From Promethearchaeota archaeon (GTDB lineage Archaea > Asgardarchaeota > Lokiarchaeia > Sigyniarchaeales > SOKP01), in contig SDNY01000122.1 in assembly GCA_004524535.1 (NCBI GenBank), positions 1-10,829 of the forward strand: a DNA stretch of 10,829 bases. The letters run 5' to 3'. The notes beneath the pieces are model-generated. The model was not told the origin of the DNA and did not search any database. It saw only the letters and a program-made list of their open reading frames with translations. The first letter of the stretch is position 1; the number at the start of each line of letters is the position of its first letter. The translations under genes and the position numbers were made by a program. Below, one piece after another: positions 6,806 to 10,829 of the stretch.

Positions 6806-7135
6806 TTATTTTTCCTTTTCATTCAATTCTTTTTTTAATTCATATAATTTGCAGTAATATTCGAAATTCAAATTATTCATATCCTGTACAATGTCGGCAT
6901 CTATGATTTTTTCACCATCAGTTTTTATCAGTAAATTCCCAATAATGTTGACTAAATTTTTTTCTGTAAAATTAAAATCAATGTTTTTAATCCTTACTTT
7001 AATATGCCCAGTTTTGTCTTCTAATATAATATGGTCATTTTCAACTAAATTTTTTACATAGCCCGTAATTTGAATTCGTTCATCTTCATTTTTCACATCT
7101 CTTATTATCCTCTGTTTCGCATATAGATTTTCCAC
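6806..7135 (-). CDS. Single OB-fold protein, replication protein A small subunit (RPA3/RPA14-like)
   Basis: The pattern AKQRIIRDVKNEDERIQITGYVK...IILEDKTGHIKV...LVNIIGNL...IDADIVQDMNNLNFEYYCKLYELKKEL resembles, from memory, Thermococcales RPA14 and eukaryotic RPA3 (OB fold plus C-terminal trimerisation helix). GTG start preceded by AGGATGGTGG on the minus strand. Confidence 0.75.
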   Translation of the reverse strand: MENLYAKQRIIRDVKNEDERIQITGYVKNLVENDHIILEDKTGHIKVRIKNIDFNFTEKNLVNIIGNLLIKTDGEKIIDADIVQDMNNLNFEYYCKLYELKKELNEKEK

Positions 7136-7395
7136 TTAAACCACCATCCTTAAAACATAACTTATAATTTTGAAAGTTTTAGGCAAATATAAATAATTAA
7201 TTCATTAAGTAATTTTTTTATTTTTAAATATTCATATTATAGAATTTTTAAATAACTATAAATAATTTAATCGAGAAGTAAAATTAGTTATTATTAAAAC
7301 ACTAATATTAAATTTAATAAAGAAAGGCAATAAACCAATATTAATATATTGTGAAAGCTAACGCAATAAGTTATAAATAAAAGAGTTAATGAGAT

Positions 7396-8199
7396 ATGAG
7401 TTTTACGTTAAAACTAGAAAATAGTCGGATTTTAAAAGGCATAGTAGAAACTCTTGCTAGTATTATTGACGAAACAGAGTTTATGGTAACACCAAAAGAG
7501 TTCACAATTTCAGCAATGGATCCAAGTCGAATTTGTTTGTTAAAACTTTCTATCAAGAAAGATAATTTTGATGATTATAAATGTAGTAAAGAATCTAAAG
7601 TAGGATTAAATTTAGACGATTTAGATAAGATTTTGAAACGATGTGCTGCAAATGACTCTGTGGAAATTGATTTTAATGAGAAAGATCAAAAAATTAAAAT
7701 TAAAATGCAGAGAGAAGGAACTTCTCGCACTCGAACCTTTAGTTTAGCTTTACTGGACATCGATATTGAAGAAATTCCAATGGAAAATTTATTAAATATT
7801 GAATATTCTTCAAAATGGGTAATAGATCCGGAATTCTTAGTTGAGGCGATAAAAGACGCTGAGATTTATTCCGAAATTTTAAATATGAAGTCAATAGAAG
7901 ACCAGGGTTTAGTGTTTAGTTCTACTGGACAAATTGGAGAGATGAATTACGAGCTTGAACTAGATGAATTGATTGAAACAGATATTTCTGGCACTAGTAG
8001 TGGCGCATACTCTCTAACTTTTTTGAAAGCAATCTTGAAAATTTCTTCAATTACCGAAAAGTTAGAGATCTCACTCAAAACTGACCATCCCTTAAAAATG
8101 ATGTTTAACCTACTTGAAGGTGGTGAACTATTCTATTTCCTTGCGCCAAGAGTAGAAGAGGCAGACTTCGATGAAGATGAGGACATGGATGAATTTTAA
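7396..8199 (+). CDS. pcn: DNA polymerase sliding clamp PCNA
   Basis: LKGIVETLASIIDE, AMDPSRICLL, FDDYKC, GLNLDDLDKILKR, YSLTFLKAILK, DHPLKMMF, YFLAPRVE; 267 aa with an acidic tail. Confidence 0.97.
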   Translation: MSFTLKLENSRILKGIVETLASIIDETEFMVTPKEFTISAMDPSRICLLKLSIKKDNFDDYKCSKESKVGLNLDDLDKILKRCAANDSVEIDFNEKDQKIKIKMQREGTSRTRTFSLALLDIDIEEIPMENLLNIEYSSKWVIDPEFLVEAIKDAEIYSEILNMKSIEDQGLVFSSTGQIGEMNYELELDELIETDISGTSSGAYSLTFLKAILKISSITEKLEISLKTDHPLKMMFNLLEGGELFYFLAPRVEEADFDEDEDMDEF

Positions 8200-8330
8200 T
8201 CAATTATTTTAACTTCTTATCTCTTTTCAAATTTAATTATTAATAAATCAATGTGCTCCTTGTATATAAAACATCAAATTATCATTTTATTTAGAGAAAG
8301 AATAATTTTGAAAAAGGAGAATTTAACGCC

Positions 8331-9518
8331 TTGACCGTTCCAATTGAATTGATTTACCGTTATCCATGGCTTCCATCGTTAAAAGAATTTTTTTCAGACA
8401 TTGCTTCTAAACCCCCTTCAGAGTTTATTTCGACTATTTTTTCAGAAACTTTTAGTGAAGAAATACAAGAAAGATTATTTGAAATTTTTAAAGCCGCTTT
8501 TGATAATTTAGAAAATGTCTCATATTATAAACTTGATAAGGTAAATGTATATCTTTATTTATTGTTAAAAATCTTAATGTTTGTTCTGGATAACAAGATT
8601 ATTACAAATAAAATTGCTAACTTATTTTCAAAAATAAACTATAACGATCTAATTGAAGAAAATGACTACAATATTTATTCTATTTGTGAAGATTTAAAAT
8701 TAGATATTCTATATAGTGATCCAATCGAATATGGGGTAAATATTTTAAAAGACCAGAGAGAAATACTTAAAACTAGTTTTCGAATTCATTATACAGATTA
8801 TTTAAAGTCAATATCTAAATTACACGATGAGTATCGTAAACTTGTAAATAATGCTCTCTCCAATGGATATGTATTTATTCAAAAACGAAGATTAATTCGC
8901 CTTATACAAGAGTACATTCGTAATAAATTTGAAGTGGAAGAAGATAAAGCTTCGTTAGAATCTCTTAAAAAGGAATTATTAAATTTACCAGAATTTAAAG
9001 AATTATATGAAAATATTTTAAGCCAATGGGAACTAAAAAAGGAAGTTTTTGAATATTCTTTTGATATTAGTTTTAAAGAAGGGGCTGATATTTCAAATAC
9101 TTTTCCTCCATGTATTAATGAAATACTCTCGAAAGCTCAAGAAGGTCAAAATCTGATTCATATAGAAAGGTTATTTTTAGTGTTTTTTTTACACGCTCTT
9201 AACTACCCAGTAGATAAAATTATTGACATATTTTCAACTATGCCAGATTTTGCTAGAGATAAGACTGCCTATCAAGTAAACTTTGCTAAAAAAAAAGGCT
9301 ATACACCACATAAATGTGATACTTTAAAATCGTTAAATTTATGCATGGCAGCTAAGTATAAGGATGAAATTTGTTTAGAGGGGTATTATTCAAAAAAACT
9401 AGATGCCCAAAAAAAGATAAAACACCCCCTATTTTATGCACAATTAAAGCAATTTCGAGCTTCCAGAAAAGAAAACCATCCTAATAATAATTTAAAAAAT
9501 AATAATGAGCGAAAATAA
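8331..9518 (+). CDS. priL: DNA primase large (regulatory, Fe-S) subunit PriL
   Basis: N-terminal RYPWL, then LVNNALSNGYVFI; C-terminal Fe-S domain FPPCI...GQNLIHIERLFLVFFL...FSTMPDF...TAYQV...YTPHKCDTLKSLNLC...IC...IKHPLFY with four Cys. TTG start with AAGGAGA at 8314-8320. Confidence 0.93.
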   Translation: MTVPIELIYRYPWLPSLKEFFSDIASKPPSEFISTIFSETFSEEIQERLFEIFKAAFDNLENVSYYKLDKVNVYLYLLLKILMFVLDNKIITNKIANLFSKINYNDLIEENDYNIYSICEDLKLDILYSDPIEYGVNILKDQREILKTSFRIHYTDYLKSISKLHDEYRKLVNNALSNGYVFIQKRRLIRLIQEYIRNKFEVEEDKASLESLKKELLNLPEFKELYENILSQWELKKEVFEYSFDISFKEGADISNTFPPCINEILSKAQEGQNLIHIERLFLVFFLHALNYPVDKIIDIFSTMPDFARDKTAYQVNFAKKKGYTPHKCDTLKSLNLCMAAKYKDEICLEGYYSKKLDAQKKIKHPLFYAQLKQFRASRKENHPNNNLKNNNERK

Positions 9519-10755
9519 ACTATTAAAAAAGCTATTTCAAGCGTACTATCGCGAAAATAAGTCTAAAATTCCTATTGTGGATTTGCTAGAGCATCGGGAA
9601 TTCGGATTTATTCCGTGGGATAAACAAATTATGATTAGGCATATGGCATTTAGAAATGTTGAATCTCTATCAAAATATTTAAGTGATAATGGATCAAGAC
9701 ATGTATATTCAAGTGGAACACTTTATCTTGAACCAGATAATTTAAATATGAATAATAAGCAATATCAAGGCTGTGATTTAGTTATTGATATTGATGTAGA
9801 CCATTTTGAAACACCTTGTAAAACTAATCACGACTATTGGTATTGCGTTGAGTGTGGAAAAAGTGGAAAAGGGATGATGAAAAAATGTCCTAAATGTGGT
9901 AAACTTAAGTTAAGAAATTTAACTTGGATTTGTGATATTTGTTTAGATATTGCTAAAAGAGATATAATTAGTTTAATTTACGATTTTCTCTTTCCAGATT
10001 TTGGGATTGATGAAAAAGATTTGAAAATTGCTTTTTCGGGGCACCGTGGTTATCACTTAAAGGTCGAAAATAAAAGAATGAGAGGATTATCCAGTGAAGA
10101 TAGAAGAGAAATTGTGGATTATATTACTGGAAATAATATATCTCTTGAAATTTTGGGTCTTAAAGATTTAAGCTTGAATTTGAATTTTTTAAGAGATAAT
10201 ATAGGCTGGCCAAAAAAAATTATTTTAAAAATTGAAGAAGTTTTAAAAAATTATTCTAACGATACAATAATTAGACTCTTTAAGAGTAAGCAATTTGGAT
10301 TGAGTAATGACAGTATAGAGTTTATTCTTAATAATAAACAAGATTTTCTGAAAATATTATGGAATATAGATGGATTCGGTCCAAAAAAATGGGAGAATTT
10401 TTTATATGGAATAATCAAGGAAATTGGAATCAGAATTGATGATCCCGTATCAATTGACATCCATAGACTTATTCGATATCCTGGAACTTTACATGGTAAA
10501 ACAGGATTTAAAGTTCAAGAATTATCCCTTAAAGAACTAGATACATTTAATCCCCTCGATGAAAGTAATAAAAATCTGGATCCAATCGTATTCCAGAGTG
10601 ATATTATGCAAAAAATCGAAATTTTAGAGTCTGAAGTGCCTGCGACAAAAATTAAAGGTCAAACTTATGGACCTTTCTCTCAAGGAGAAATAATTGAGGT
10701 TCCCCATCATATTGCTGTATTTTTGCTGTGTAGAGGGGTTGCTAAGACTGCTTAA
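9505..10755 (+). CDS. priS: DNA primase small (catalytic) subunit PriS with a Zn-ribbon insertion and a GINS-B-like C-terminal domain
   Basis: AEP motifs REFGF, MIRH, HVYSS, DLVIDIDVDH (DxD), FSGHRGYH and IDDPVSIDIHRLIRYPGTLHGKTG; overlaps priL by 14 nt. Confidence 0.96.
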   Translation: MSENKLLKKLFQAYYRENKSKIPIVDLLEHREFGFIPWDKQIMIRHMAFRNVESLSKYLSDNGSRHVYSSGTLYLEPDNLNMNNKQYQGCDLVIDIDVDHFETPCKTNHDYWYCVECGKSGKGMMKKCPKCGKLKLRNLTWICDICLDIAKRDIISLIYDFLFPDFGIDEKDLKIAFSGHRGYHLKVENKRMRGLSSEDRREIVDYITGNNISLEILGLKDLSLNLNFLRDNIGWPKKIILKIEEVLKNYSNDTIIRLFKSKQFGLSNDSIEFILNNKQDFLKILWNIDGFGPKKWENFLYGIIKEIGIRIDDPVSIDIHRLIRYPGTLHGKTGFKVQELSLKELDTFNPLDESNKNLDPIVFQSDIMQKIEILESEVPATKIKGQTYGPFSQGEIIEVPHHIAVFLLCRGVAKTA

Positions 10756-10767
10756 GTTAATAATAAA

Positions 10768-10791
10768 TTCTTTCTCTACTTTTTCTTTTTT
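10768..10791 (+). terminator. Candidate T-rich terminator after priS
   Basis: Pyrimidine/T-rich tract TTCTTTCTCTACTTTTTCTTTTTT starting 12 nt after the priS stop. Confidence 0.45.
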
Positions 10792-10829
10792 AAGAATAAA
10801 AAAATTTTCTTAATTTATGGATATTAAAA

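Noticed and set aside
7136-7395. Possible replication origin in the AT-rich spacer next to replication genes
   Set aside because: No ORB/mini-ORB repeats with G-strings and no orc1/cdc6 in the window; divergent promoters explain it.
7870-7925. Eukaryote-like PCNA K164 ubiquitination site
   Set aside because: By eye the equivalent position (SIEDQGLVF versus human CAKDGVKF) is acidic, not Lys.
10251-10460. 69-aa minus-strand ORF
   Set aside because: Antisense shadow inside priS.

Overview
AT-rich archaeal core-genome window; protein sequences and gene order are most consistent with an Asgard archaeon (Lokiarchaeia-like; inference, no search run). It holds three blocks. (1) The 3' end of the RNA polymerase/str cluster: rpoA2 (5'-truncated), rpl30e, nusA, rps12, rps7. 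(2) A 666-aa orphan with a wHTH + ATP-cone + class III ribonucleotide reductase (NrdD)-like architecture, convergent with and overlapping pyrB. (3) A rearranged replication/translation cluster: rpl44e, rps27e, an RPA3/RPA14-like OB-fold gene on the minus strand, then pcn, priL, priS. Most notable: the NrdD-like protein lacks recognisable catalytic cysteines, the Zn site and the glycyl-radical loop, is fused to a DNA-binding domain and has an 11-bp inverted repeat around its putative TATA box, so it is a candidate nucleotide-sensing regulator built from a dead RNR. Also, rps12 has no ATG/GTG/TTG at its conserved N-terminus and appears to start at ATC (1948) behind a Shine-Dalgarno-like motif. 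I found no RNA genes, CRISPR arrays or mobile elements.
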